Source of the DNA: Bacteroidales bacterium
GTDB lineage: Bacteria; Bacteroidota; Bacteroidia; Bacteroidales; VadinHA17
Assembly: GCA_035531395.1 (NCBI GenBank)
Contig: DATKTA010000035.1
Location: 72,736 to 136,735 of the forward strand
Direction of reading: 5' to 3'
DNA length: 64,000 bases
Shown here: piece after piece, positions 47,652-57,139 of the stretch
How the letters are laid out: every line of letters begins with the position of its first letter
Numbering within the stretch: position 1 is the first letter of the stretch
The notes under the pieces: generated by a model
Databases searched by the model: none
The model's input: only the letters and a program-made list of their open reading frames with translations
Told to the model about the DNA's origin: nothing
Position numbers and translations under genes: made by a program

Positions 47652-48911
47652 ATGTTTTTAATCGGCAACATAGAACGTTCCATCCTGCATCTCGATCTCG
47701 ACACCTTCTTTGTATCGGTTGAGAGGCTCAGGAACAGCAGGCTCCTCGAAAAGCCGGTGATAATAGGCGGCATGTCGGACCGTGGAGTGGTATCAAGCTG
47801 CAGCTATGAGGCCCGCAAATACGGTGTAAGCTCAGCAATGCCCATGAAACTGGCCCGTAATATGTGTCCTGATGCGATCATAATACGAGGCGATATGGAA
47901 CTTTACAGTAATTACTCAAACATTGTAACAGATATAATAGCTGAAAGATCACCACTTTATGAAAAGTCATCGGTTGATGAGCACTATATCGATCTTACAG
48001 GCATGGATCGTTTCTACGGATGCTACAAATGGTCACATGAGCTGAGGCAGTATATAATAAAAGAGACCGGGCTGCCTATTTCAATAGGATTATCGGTAAA
48101 TAAGACTGTATCGAAAATAGCAACAGGAGAAGCAAAACCGAACGGGGAGATAGAAGTGCAGAAAGAAATAGTCCTCCCCTTTCTCGATCCGCTTTCAATA
48201 AACAAGATCCCGATGATAGGTCAGAAGACTTACCATCTGCTCCGTTCAATGGGAATAGCAAAAATCTACACACTCAGGAATATTCCTCCGGAAATGCTTG
48301 AAAAGCTTATGGGCAAAAATGGTATTGATATATGGAAGAAAGCCAATGGCATTGATTCAACACCTGTTTTCAGCTACTCGGAACAGAAATCAATAAGTAC
48401 AGAGCATACATTTGAGAAGGATACTACCGATATGGCTCGGCTTAACCAGCTGCTTGTAAGCATGATAGAAAAGATCTCATTTGAGATGAGGAAGCAGGAG
48501 AAGCTCACATCGTGCATCACAGTTAAAATAAGATATTCAAATTTTGATACCCACACCCTGCAGAAACGTATACCCTACACATCTTTCGACCATGTGCTTG
48601 CCGATGTTGCCAAGGAGCTCTTCACAAGGCTGTACCAGCGGCGTATGCTCATAAGACTGATCGGGGTCAGGTTCAGCCATTTGGTCAGGGGAGTACAGCA
48701 ACTCGACATGTTTGACGATACCCCTGAAAAGGTAAGTCTCTACCTGGCTATGGATAGTCTGCGGAAGCGTTTCGGGCGAAATGCAGTAGAAAGGGCCTCA
48801 GGTGTGATGACAATAAGAGAAAGGGAGGAGAAAGTGCTTAAACAGCTCGAAAATGCTATCAAAGAACAGAATATGATGGAGGAACGAATAAGAAAGTATG
48901 GAGTGAGCTAA
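47652..48911 (+). CDS. dinB: Y-family DNA polymerase (DinB/Pol IV-like, catalytic residues present)
   Basis: LHLDLDTFFVSVE and SVDEHYIDLTG align to DinB IHVDMDCFFAAVE and SLDEAYLDVT. 419 aa. Confidence 0.85.
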   Translation: MFLIGNIERSILHLDLDTFFVSVERLRNSRLLEKPVIIGGMSDRGVVSSCSYEARKYGVSSAMPMKLARNMCPDAIIIRGDMELYSNYSNIVTDIIAERSPLYEKSSVDEHYIDLTGMDRFYGCYKWSHELRQYIIKETGLPISIGLSVNKTVSKIATGEAKPNGEIEVQKEIVLPFLDPLSINKIPMIGQKTYHLLRSMGIAKIYTLRNIPPEMLEKLMGKNGIDIWKKANGIDSTPVFSYSEQKSISTEHTFEKDTTDMARLNQLLVSMIEKISFEMRKQEKLTSCITVKIRYSNFDTHTLQKRIPYTSFDHVLADVAKELFTRLYQRRMLIRLIGVRFSHLVRGVQQLDMFDDTPEKVSLYLAMDSLRKRFGRNAVERASGVMTIREREEKVLKQLENAIKEQNMMEERIRKYGVS

Positions 48912-49019
48912 AGTGTGGAGTGAGCTAGAGTTAAAAATAATAAGAATAATATGAGAACCAAAACTCTAAGTACTCTAGGCACTTAGGCACTCTAGGCACT
49001 CTAGGCACTCTAGGCACTC
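48900..49019 (+). promoter_or_regulatory. Second copy of the hairpin module, spanning the polymerase stop codon and ending 6 nt before the dnaE2-like start
   Basis: Same 15-nt 5' word ggagtgagctaaagt, then gtggagtgagctagagt. The 3' arm is ctaggcact repeated about 4.5 times. ctagagt pairs with actctag. Confidence 0.55.
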
Positions 49020-49025
49020 AAAACT

Positions 49026-51962
49026 ATGTATTTAAACTGCCATTCATACTACAGCCTTCGCTACGGAACAATGTCTGTTGAACAGCTTGTGCAGAAAGCA
49101 GTTGCCGGATCGGCTGAAACCATTGTGCTTACCGATATCAATAACTCAACAGCCATACCTGACTTTGCCGCAGAATGCAGAAAGAATGGAATAAGACCTG
49201 TTGCCGGTATCGAATTCCGTAATGAAAATGAACTTCTTTACATATGTATTGCGCGCAATAACAATGGATTAAGAGAACTCAATGAATTTCTCTCAGATTC
49301 TAACTTCAGCAAAACACCGGTCCCCTTCCCTGCTCCACGCTTCGATGAAGCCTATACAGTCTATTCACTGAAGAAAATTCCTTCAAGAGAACTATTTGAT
49401 AATGAGAGAATAGGAATAAAAACTAATGAGCTTAACAGGCTTATCTCTATTAATTCCTCATTTATAAGGAACCGCATGGTACTGCTTCATCCGGTAACAT
49501 TTGCAGAGCCAAATGATATATTTATTCACCGCAGCCTGAGGGCTGTTGACAATAATATCCTGCTCAGCCATTTAAAACCCTCACAGCATGCAGGTGAGGA
49601 TGAGTTTTTCAGGAATCCGGAATATTTTGAAAAATTGAAGAAGGAACATCCATGGCTATTTGAAAATACAGGAAAGCTTATTAATGACTGTAATCTTTAC
49701 TTTGACAGTGAAAGTCTCAAAAACAAGAAGTTATACTCCGCCAGCAGATATGACGATAAGTTGCTGCTTGAGAAGCTTGCATGGGACGGAATGACTTACA
49801 GGTACGGTAAAAAAAACTATGAGGCTAAAAAAAGAATTACACATGAACTTGAGATAATTGACAGGCTGGGTTTTTCTGCCTACTTCCTGATTACCTGGGA
49901 TATTGTAAGGTACTCGATGGCCCGGGGTTTTTATCACGTCGGCAGAGGCAGCGGAGCAAATTCTGTTGTTGCTTACTGCCTGAAAATCACCAATGTTGAC
50001 CCTATTGACCTGAACCTTTACTTTGAGCGCTTCATCAACCCCAAACGAAGTAGTCCGCCTGATTTTGACATCGATTATTCATGGAAAGAAAGGGATGAGG
50101 TGATCGATTATATTTTTAAGCGGTATGGTTACAGCCATACTGCGCTTCTCGGCACTATCAATACATTCCGTGGAAAGTCGATAGTAAGGGAACTGGGCAA
50201 GGTACACGGACTTCCAAAGGAAGAGATCGATTCTCTGATCGATAACCCGTCATCAGAAACCAACAGGAATGAAATAACCGAAACCATTTTCTCAACAGGA
50301 CTCAGGATTGCTGACTTTCCAAATATGAGAAGCATTCATGCAGGAGGCATACTTATATCAGAGGAACCGATCACCTGCTATACTGCTCTGGATATGCCGC
50401 CAAAAGGATTCCCCACAACACAGTGGGACATGTACACTGCTGAGGAAATAGGCTTTGAGAAGCTCGATATACTTAGTCAGAGGGGCATTGGCCATATCCG
50501 TGAGAGCACCGAGATAATACTGCAGAACAGGGCTATTGAAGTTGATGTCCATGCCATTCAGAAATTCAAGGAGGACAGTAAAGTAAGGGAATACCTGCGT
50601 AACGGTGAGACCAAGGGATGCTTTTATATAGAGAGCCCGGCAATGAGAGGATTGCTGAAAAAGCTGAAGTGTGACACCTACACTACCCTTGTTGCTGCCA
50701 GCTCGGTCATCAGGCCCGGAGTAGCACGATCCGGGATGATGAAGCAATATATATACAGGTTCCATAATCCCGATAAATTCGAATATATACATCCTGTGAT
50801 GAAAGAACAGCTCGAAGAGACATTCGGCGTAATGGTATACCAGGAGGATGTTCTGAAGGTATGCCATCACTTTGCAGGACTCGATCTGGCTGATGCCGAT
50901 ACGTTAAGGAGAGCCATGAGTGGTAAATACAGGTCTAAACAGGAAATGAAGCGCATAGTTGACAAGTTCTTCTATAACTGCCGTCAGAAGGGATACAGCG
51001 AAGAGGTGACACAGGAGGTATGGCGACAGATCGAATCGTTTGCCGGTTACTCGTTCTCCAAAGCGCACTCAGCATCATATGCTGTTGAGAGCTTCCAGAG
51101 CCTGTACCTCAAGACGCACTTTCCACTGGAATTCATGGTTGCTGTCATCAATAATTTCGGTGGTTTTTACCGTACATGGGTATATGTGCATGAAGCGCGA
51201 AGGTTCGGTGCAAGCATCGAACTCCCATGCGTCAATAAAAGCAAATACAAGACAACTATTTATGGAACAGTTATATACATAGGGTTTATACATATCATGA
51301 GCCTTGAATTCAGCCTTGCACAATCGATCGAGACTATACGTGCCGAGGAAGGGCCTTTCAAAGATCTGAATGATTTTGTAACCAGGGTTGCTCCGGGTCT
51401 TGAACAGTTGATCCTCCTGATAAGAGCAGGTGCTCTCAGGTTCACAGGGAAAAAAAAGTCTGTACTTCTATGGGAGGCTCATATGATGATAAACAAGAAC
51501 AAGACTGAAAACATCAGGCCCCTCTTCTCTCCTCCTGTTAAAAACTTTACACTTCCTGAACTGGTTCAGGGTAAGATGGAAGACGTATATGATGAGATTG
51601 AACTATTTGGTTTCCCTGTTACTGTAAGCTGGTTCGATATGCTTGAAACATCATTCAGGGGCGAGATTACTTCTCAGAAAATGATTGAATCTGTCGGTAA
51701 AACTGTACGTATGGTAGGTCACCTGGTTACAGTCAAATATATTAAAACAGTAAAAAATGACTGGATGAACTTTGGCTGCTTCATTGATGCCGAAGGAAGC
51801 TTCTTTGACACAGTGCATTTTTCAAATTCACTCAAATTATGGCCATTCAAGGGAAGCGGGACATACCTGCTCCTCGGAAAAGTTGTTGAAGATTTTGGTT
51901 TTCCGTCACTCGAGGTTGAAAAAATGGCTAAGCTTCCCATAAAGCCTGACCAGAGATATTAG
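49026..51962 (+). CDS. dnaE2: Pol III alpha-subunit paralog, DnaE2-like error-prone polymerase
   Basis: PHP N-terminus MYLNCHSYYSLRYGT. Polymerase core motifs (PDFDIDY, GFEKLDILSQRG, SFAGYSFSKAHSASYA). 978 aa, shorter than a typical replicative DnaE. Positioned after the Y-family polymerase. Confidence 0.8.
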   Translation: MYLNCHSYYSLRYGTMSVEQLVQKAVAGSAETIVLTDINNSTAIPDFAAECRKNGIRPVAGIEFRNENELLYICIARNNNGLRELNEFLSDSNFSKTPVPFPAPRFDEAYTVYSLKKIPSRELFDNERIGIKTNELNRLISINSSFIRNRMVLLHPVTFAEPNDIFIHRSLRAVDNNILLSHLKPSQHAGEDEFFRNPEYFEKLKKEHPWLFENTGKLINDCNLYFDSESLKNKKLYSASRYDDKLLLEKLAWDGMTYRYGKKNYEAKKRITHELEIIDRLGFSAYFLITWDIVRYSMARGFYHVGRGSGANSVVAYCLKITNVDPIDLNLYFERFINPKRSSPPDFDIDYSWKERDEVIDYIFKRYGYSHTALLGTINTFRGKSIVRELGKVHGLPKEEIDSLIDNPSSETNRNEITETIFSTGLRIADFPNMRSIHAGGILISEEPITCYTALDMPPKGFPTTQWDMYTAEEIGFEKLDILSQRGIGHIRESTEIILQNRAIEVDVHAIQKFKEDSKVREYLRNGETKGCFYIESPAMRGLLKKLKCDTYTTLVAASSVIRPGVARSGMMKQYIYRFHNPDKFEYIHPVMKEQLEETFGVMVYQEDVLKVCHHFAGLDLADADTLRRAMSGKYRSKQEMKRIVDKFFYNCRQKGYSEEVTQEVWRQIESFAGYSFSKAHSASYAVESFQSLYLKTHFPLEFMVAVINNFGGFYRTWVYVHEARRFGASIELPCVNKSKYKTTIYGTVIYIGFIHIMSLEFSLAQSIETIRAEEGPFKDLNDFVTRVAPGLEQLILLIRAGALRFTGKKKSVLLWEAHMMINKNKTENIRPLFSPPVKNFTLPELVQGKMEDVYDEIELFGFPVTVSWFDMLETSFRGEITSQKMIESVGKTVRMVGHLVTVKYIKTVKNDWMNFGCFIDAEGSFFDTVHFSNSLKLWPFKGSGTYLLLGKVVEDFGFPSLEVEKMAKLPIKPDQRY

Positions 51963-51966
51963 ATGT

Positions 51967-54165
51967 TCATGAGGAACCGTCAATTCGGGTAGCTTTTACA
52001 ATACCTTTTATACTTTGTATTTTACGTATAATTGTATGAAGAATATCACTATTAGGTACCATTATATTAAGTATTCCTTCAAATAATCCATCATTCATAT
52101 TATAATTGAAACTGCGCATCGCAACCTTATGATCAGCAATAATATCTGCAATTTTGTTTACCATCCCAATATCCTCTACCCCGGTTATTTTAACTGAAGC
52201 TATGAATGAAGGAATATTTGATGACTTTGACCATTTTGCTGCAATCAGTCTGTATGGATACCTTGAAAGCATATTCCTTGCATTCGGACAACTGCTCCTG
52301 TGAATCTTAATCCCTTCAGATATTGTCACAAATCCGAAAATGGCATCTCCGAACACCGGGTTGCAGCATTTGGATAATCTATAATCAAGTCCTTCAACTT
52401 TATCCTGAATTATAAGATAATCTGCATACTGTGGACTCTTTAACTCTCTGGTTTCTTTTTCTTCTGACACAACTGCTTCAACAATCGGTTCAGAGGTTTC
52501 TGCCTTTAGTAAAACATTTTTTATCTCAAGTAGTTCAAGTTTTTCTATCGCAATAAAATAGTACAGATCAATTGCATATTTCAGACGATAATGATTAAGA
52601 AGGCTTTGAATAACTGTATCATTATAGGCAATTTTCCAGTTTTTCATTCTCCTCATCAATATTTCCTTACCTTCAGCTGCAGCTTTAGTCTTCTCCTCAT
52701 TCAGTACCTGTCTGATCTTTGTTTTTGCCTTATTTGTGACCACGAAAGAAAGCCAGTCCTGTTTCGGCTTCTGGCTTTTTGACCTTAAAATTGAAACATG
52801 ATCACCATTTTGCAGGATATACCTGATTGTCACATTCTTTCCGTTTACTTTTCCACCGACACATGAAGCCCCGACAGCTGTATGAATATCAAAGGCAAAA
52901 TCGAGAAGCGTTGCACCTGCAGGCAACTGTAGAAGATCGCCTTTAGGGGTGAAAACAAAAACTTCATCTGTATATAGCCCTGATTTTACATGGTCCAGAA
53001 AAGCAGTATCCTCTTTTTCAGATGATTCAAGTATCTCACGCATTTTTGAAAGCCAGGTATCAAGACCGCCTTCCCCCTTTATTCCCTTATATTTGAAATG
53101 AGCAGCCAGGCCCTTTTCGGCAATCTCATCCATCCTGACTGATCGTATCTGAACTTCTACCCATTTACCTCTGGGACCAACAACTGTTGTATGCAGTGAT
53201 TCATAACCATTCGATTTTGGAACAGATATCCAGTCTCGCATCCTGCTTGGATTTGGCTGATAAAGATCAGTAACAACAGAATATACTCTCCAACAGTCTG
53301 ATTTTTCGTTTTCCGGTTCGCTGTCAATTATAATCCTGATAGCAAAAAGATCATAAACTTCTTCAAATTCCACACCCTGCTTTTTCATCTTAAGCATTAT
53401 GGAATGAATTGATTTTGTGCGACTTTTAATAGTTAACTTGAAGTTTATCTTCAGAAGCTTCTCTTTCAAGGGGGTTGAAAAATCACGGATCAGCTTATTT
53501 CTTGATGCTGTGGTTTGCCTGAGTTTACACTCTATCTCATTATATTGTTCAGGTTCAAGATACTTTACTGCCAGATCTTCCATTTCCGACTTGATATTGT
53601 AGAATCCAAGCCGGTGTGCCAATGGAGCATAAAGAAAATATGTTTCGGACGCCAGTGGCAGCCTCTCCTTTTCCGGGGCATTATCAAGATTCCTCATATA
53701 CTCCATTCTTTCAACAAGCTTAATGAGGATAACCCGGACATCGTCGGCCAGACTTAAGAGAAGCTTACGGAAGTTTTCAGCCTGATATGACGACTGCATT
53801 GAATCTATGTCTGTTATTCTGGAAAAACCCTGAAGTATTTCAACTACTTTACTCCCAAACTCTTTTTCAAGCTCTTTGTGACTGACTGGCAGATTATTAT
53901 ATGAATCATGCAACAAGGCTGTTATTATCGCAGTAAGACCCAACCCCATTTCACCTGCAATGATTCTTGCCACTGATAAAGCATGAAGTATCTCGGGCTC
54001 ACCGGTAATTGTTATTTTATCGCCACTTGCCTTCACTGCAAACTCAAGCGCTTTTCTGATCTTTGAGTTATCTTCATGACTTACAGAGTTTCTGGCAGCC
54101 AGCAGCAGCGCTCTGTAAGCTGAATATATTTTTTGCTTGTTTGAAGTCATGGTTTTCCTGATCAT
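51967..54165 (-). CDS. relA: Bifunctional (p)ppGpp synthetase/hydrolase RelA/SpoT homolog
   Basis: HD region (ALLHD), the synthetase region RMRDWISVPKSNGYESLHTTV, and TGS and ACT-like C-terminal domains. The TTG at 54189 was rejected in favour of the ATG at 54165. Confidence 0.9.
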   Translation of the reverse strand: MIRKTMTSNKQKIYSAYRALLLAARNSVSHEDNSKIRKALEFAVKASGDKITITGEPEILHALSVARIIAGEMGLGLTAIITALLHDSYNNLPVSHKELEKEFGSKVVEILQGFSRITDIDSMQSSYQAENFRKLLLSLADDVRVILIKLVERMEYMRNLDNAPEKERLPLASETYFLYAPLAHRLGFYNIKSEMEDLAVKYLEPEQYNEIECKLRQTTASRNKLIRDFSTPLKEKLLKINFKLTIKSRTKSIHSIMLKMKKQGVEFEEVYDLFAIRIIIDSEPENEKSDCWRVYSVVTDLYQPNPSRMRDWISVPKSNGYESLHTTVVGPRGKWVEVQIRSVRMDEIAEKGLAAHFKYKGIKGEGGLDTWLSKMREILESSEKEDTAFLDHVKSGLYTDEVFVFTPKGDLLQLPAGATLLDFAFDIHTAVGASCVGGKVNGKNVTIRYILQNGDHVSILRSKSQKPKQDWLSFVVTNKAKTKIRQVLNEEKTKAAAEGKEILMRRMKNWKIAYNDTVIQSLLNHYRLKYAIDLYYFIAIEKLELLEIKNVLLKAETSEPIVEAVVSEEKETRELKSPQYADYLIIQDKVEGLDYRLSKCCNPVFGDAIFGFVTISEGIKIHRSSCPNARNMLSRYPYRLIAAKWSKSSNIPSFIASVKITGVEDIGMVNKIADIIADHKVAMRSFNYNMNDGLFEGILNIMVPNSDILHTIIRKIQSIKGIVKATRIDGSS

Positions 54166-54184
54166 CTGTTTTAAAATCCATCGG

Positions 54185-54223
54185 AACAAAAAATCCCCGG
54201 AAGTACGAGAACCCCGGGGATTT
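54185..54223 (-). terminator. Rho-independent terminator (minus strand)
   Basis: aaatccccgg / ccggggattt forms a 10-bp stem. On the minus strand it is followed by uuuuuug. Confidence 0.8.
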
Positions 54224-54243
54224 CAGAAAAATTTTATCTATAA

Positions 54244-55332
54244 TTATCTGAACGAGATTCCCAGTCCTGTTGAAACAATATTATATTGTGCCCTGGTATA
54301 GTCAGCATGAATGGTGATTACAGCAAACTTGAGCCTTATTCCAATATTTGCTCTAAGTCCTGAAAAGTTCTCAATATCAATCTCAGGAAAATCTGTAGCA
54401 GTTTTTACCCCTGAATTATTATATTCGGCATACGGTACCTGAGGGAGGGCCGGAGTAACAAGAACCGGTGTGGGGAAGTTACCAGTGATTTTCATTGTGG
54501 TTTTTGTTTTACTATAGCCAAGTCCTCCATAAAAGGTCACCACAGGTAGGTTAAAGGATGCTATTGCACTAAGATTTAACCCTTTAACAGTTACATTAAG
54601 ATTTTGATCATCAAAAGCTCCACTGGTATTAAAGGGGCTTGTATAATTCTGTGGAATGGACATATCTGGACTGAGACCTAAAGGTACATTGCTCTCAAGT
54701 TTTGTATACCCCCCAAATACTGAAACATCGAACGGAAGCAGTTTATCTCCGGGTAAATATTGCGTTATACTATGCATTAATCCAACTCCCCATAATGAAA
54801 TATCACCATCCTTAATGCTAATCTTTGGAATAAATCGTCCCTTTATTTCTGTCCCCAAAGGCAGGCCGATCCCAACCTGAGCTACAGGAACAGGAATATA
54901 TTTCCAGCCTGTCCCCTGTGGGGCATTGAAAGATGCTAAAGTATAAGATCCTGCCTTATAAGACATTACAGGGCCAGACTCACTTGGGCCTGAAATTGTT
55001 GATGTCATTCCAGTAGCAGCAAGTGAAGAAGAAAGACCTATTTTTGAAACATCAAACTGATCATCGGATGTTGGGATCATCCCAACGTTTATACTGGTTG
55101 TAATATCAAAACCTCCCAGTTTATGAGGCTTTGCCGTATTATACCACCCGCTGCTCAGACCGGCACCGAAGGCATTTGTCCAGGGAGCAATATAGGCCTG
55201 AAGAAACTTGGCCCCATCAGATGGTGCACTACGTAGAAAATCAACATCATCAAACTGTGCATGAGATACAGTTGTAAATAATGACAGGATGACTGAGGTT
55301 ATCAATAATTTTCTGGTCCAGGGTCTGTTCAT
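54244..55332 (-). CDS. Outer-membrane beta-barrel-like protein, function unknown
   Basis: Signal peptide MNRPWTRKLLITSVILSLFTTVSHAQ from the ATG at 55332, with a beta-strand-rich Gly/Ser/Thr sequence. Confidence 0.55.
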   Translation of the reverse strand: MNRPWTRKLLITSVILSLFTTVSHAQFDDVDFLRSAPSDGAKFLQAYIAPWTNAFGAGLSSGWYNTAKPHKLGGFDITTSINVGMIPTSDDQFDVSKIGLSSSLAATGMTSTISGPSESGPVMSYKAGSYTLASFNAPQGTGWKYIPVPVAQVGIGLPLGTEIKGRFIPKISIKDGDISLWGVGLMHSITQYLPGDKLLPFDVSVFGGYTKLESNVPLGLSPDMSIPQNYTSPFNTSGAFDDQNLNVTVKGLNLSAIASFNLPVVTFYGGLGYSKTKTTMKITGNFPTPVLVTPALPQVPYAEYNNSGVKTATDFPEIDIENFSGLRANIGIRLKFAVITIHADYTRAQYNIVSTGLGISFR

Positions 55333-55468
55333 AGCTATCAGTATTAATTTTTTTCTCGAACAAATATAGTAAAAATAGGATACCCGGTCAACCTTGAGTA
55401 TCTCTGCTTTGAGATAGACCAAAATCTTTACATGAAGGTTGCGTCGGAATTGCGACACAATAGATATT

Positions 55469-55993
55469 TTATTTTTTATTCTTATTTTCGATGTTGTCCA
55501 GACTCTCCAACTCGTGAATTCCTGTATTTTTTGAAAGCTCTGAAAGATTTTTCATATTCAATTCACCCCTTATTGAAATAAGTGAATTACCCGAAGGACC
55601 TCCTGTTATTACCAGAAGTTCCTTAATAATGTCTCCTTTCTGGATTGTAAGAAACTTTGTGGTATTTCTGCCTTCCTTAACCACCATTAACTCTTCATAA
55701 GCAGAAAATTCAAGCTTCTTTTCAAGCTCCTTATAAAAGTTAATATTCACATTGAGAGTAGAATCTTCCACGGATAGTATCCTGATTGATTTAAGGTTAC
55801 TTATTACCTTTTCTCCATCATTTTTTGATCCTTCCATTTCAGAAAACATGTTGAACATCTTCCCTGATATCGAAACAACAGTAAATCCATCTCTTTCCGA
55901 ATATTTTTCAAAAAGATCATCTACAGCACTTCTCTGTCCATAAATAAGAGTGGTGAGACTTAAAATCCAAATAAGTGAAAATACCCTTTTCAT
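55469..55993 (-). CDS. DUF4252 family secreted protein
   Basis: Signal peptide plus LFEKYSERDGFTVVSISGKMFNM, a typical DUF4252 N-terminus. Confidence 0.7.
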   Translation of the reverse strand: MKRVFSLIWILSLTTLIYGQRSAVDDLFEKYSERDGFTVVSISGKMFNMFSEMEGSKNDGEKVISNLKSIRILSVEDSTLNVNINFYKELEKKLEFSAYEELMVVKEGRNTTKFLTIQKGDIIKELLVITGGPSGNSLISIRGELNMKNLSELSKNTGIHELESLDNIENKNKK

Positions 55994-56011
55994 ATAGCAT
56001 ATATTATTTAT

Positions 56012-56599
56012 TTATTTATTCATTGATCCCGTATCAGTTTTATTTTCTGACGATACTGTTTCTACAATGTGGTTAACCTTCAAAAATGATCTGTTCATAA
56101 GTGAAGATGATTCAGTTATCTTCTCTATGCTCTTTTCAGTCACCCCGCTTAGTTTACCTATTGGTGTTAGCTTACTGGTACCTTTGTTTAGCCTTGAAGA
56201 AACATCCATAAGTATCTTCATTGTTTCAGCATAGGCAACAGCAGGATCAGAGAAAGTGTCAACCTGGTCTGACTTCTGAATAAAAAAGAAATATGAACCA
56301 ATTAACAACAGCAAGGCAGCTGCTGAGCTTATTGCTGAATATAGAATTCTTCTTCTGTGTTTAAGCTCCTTGTCCCTTTCAAGATCATCAATTGAAGCAA
56401 TAATTCTGTTTTCAAATCCTTGTGAAGGCAGAGGTACCTCCCCTTCACTGACATAGAAATTAAAAATTTCCTTCTCGCTTTCAAGTTCAGGAGGCACAGA
56501 AGCTTCGCTAAATACCTTTTTAAGCAGGGTTTCTTCTTCATCTGAAGTCTCCCCTTTGTAGTATTTATCGAGAAGTGCGGATAATTCCTGCGTTTTCAT
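56012..56599 (-). CDS. Putative anti-sigma factor (single-pass membrane protein)
   Basis: Lies directly downstream of, and overlaps, the ECF sigma gene. One TM helix (ILYSAISSAAALLLLIGSYFFFI). Start chosen at the ATG at 56599. Confidence 0.5.
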   Translation of the reverse strand: MKTQELSALLDKYYKGETSDEEETLLKKVFSEASVPPELESEKEIFNFYVSEGEVPLPSQGFENRIIASIDDLERDKELKHRRRILYSAISSAAALLLLIGSYFFFIQKSDQVDTFSDPAVAYAETMKILMDVSSRLNKGTSKLTPIGKLSGVTEKSIEKITESSSLMNRSFLKVNHIVETVSSENKTDTGSMNK

Positions 56600-57107
56600 A
56601 TTTATATTTTTTATATTCATCACGTATCATCACTCTAGCACGTGAGAGGGTTACCCTCAATGTGTTTATATTCTGACCGGTGATTCCAGCTATCTCTTCA
56701 TAAGATAAGCCATCAATCTCTTTCATTATAATTACTGACCTGTATAAATCAGGTAATCTTTCTATTATACTGTTCAGGATCGATGAGGATTCCTTTCTTT
56801 CCATAGCCTCCTCCGGTGAAGGTTCCTTATCATGAATTTCTTTGTGGCTCTCCTGATCTTCAATTATCATTAATTTTTTCCTGCGAAGAATATCAATGCT
56901 ATAGTTCTTTACAGTTGTTATTGCAAAAGCTTCAAGGCTATTGTACCTGTCAAGTTCGTCAACCTTATTCCAGAGTCTGATAAATACCTCCTGAACAGCA
57001 TCTTCAGCTTCATCCTTTCTTTTGAGCAGACGGTAAGCAACCAGATATAGGTTTCGGCTTAACTGCATTACCTGGTTATTGAATTCAATTCTTGTCATCT
57101 GGCTCAC
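56565..57107 (-). CDS. ECF-type RNA polymerase sigma-70 family factor
   Basis: Region 2 (AEDAVQEVFIRLW) and region 4 (SYEEIAGITGQNINTLRVTLSRAR). Confidence 0.88.
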   Translation of the reverse strand: MSQMTRIEFNNQVMQLSRNLYLVAYRLLKRKDEAEDAVQEVFIRLWNKVDELDRYNSLEAFAITTVKNYSIDILRRKKLMIIEDQESHKEIHDKEPSPEEAMERKESSSILNSIIERLPDLYRSVIIMKEIDGLSYEEIAGITGQNINTLRVTLSRARVMIRDEYKKYKYENAGIIRTSR

Positions 57108-57139
57108 CCTGTTTTTGCAAAGATAAGTCTGAAGAATGA

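Noticed and set aside
47581-49019. Possibility that the tandem short repeats (here and at 9378, 16226, 18514) are a CRISPR array.
   Set aside because: The units are 7-18 nt and directly abutting, with no unique 25-40-nt spacers. No cas genes are present in the window.
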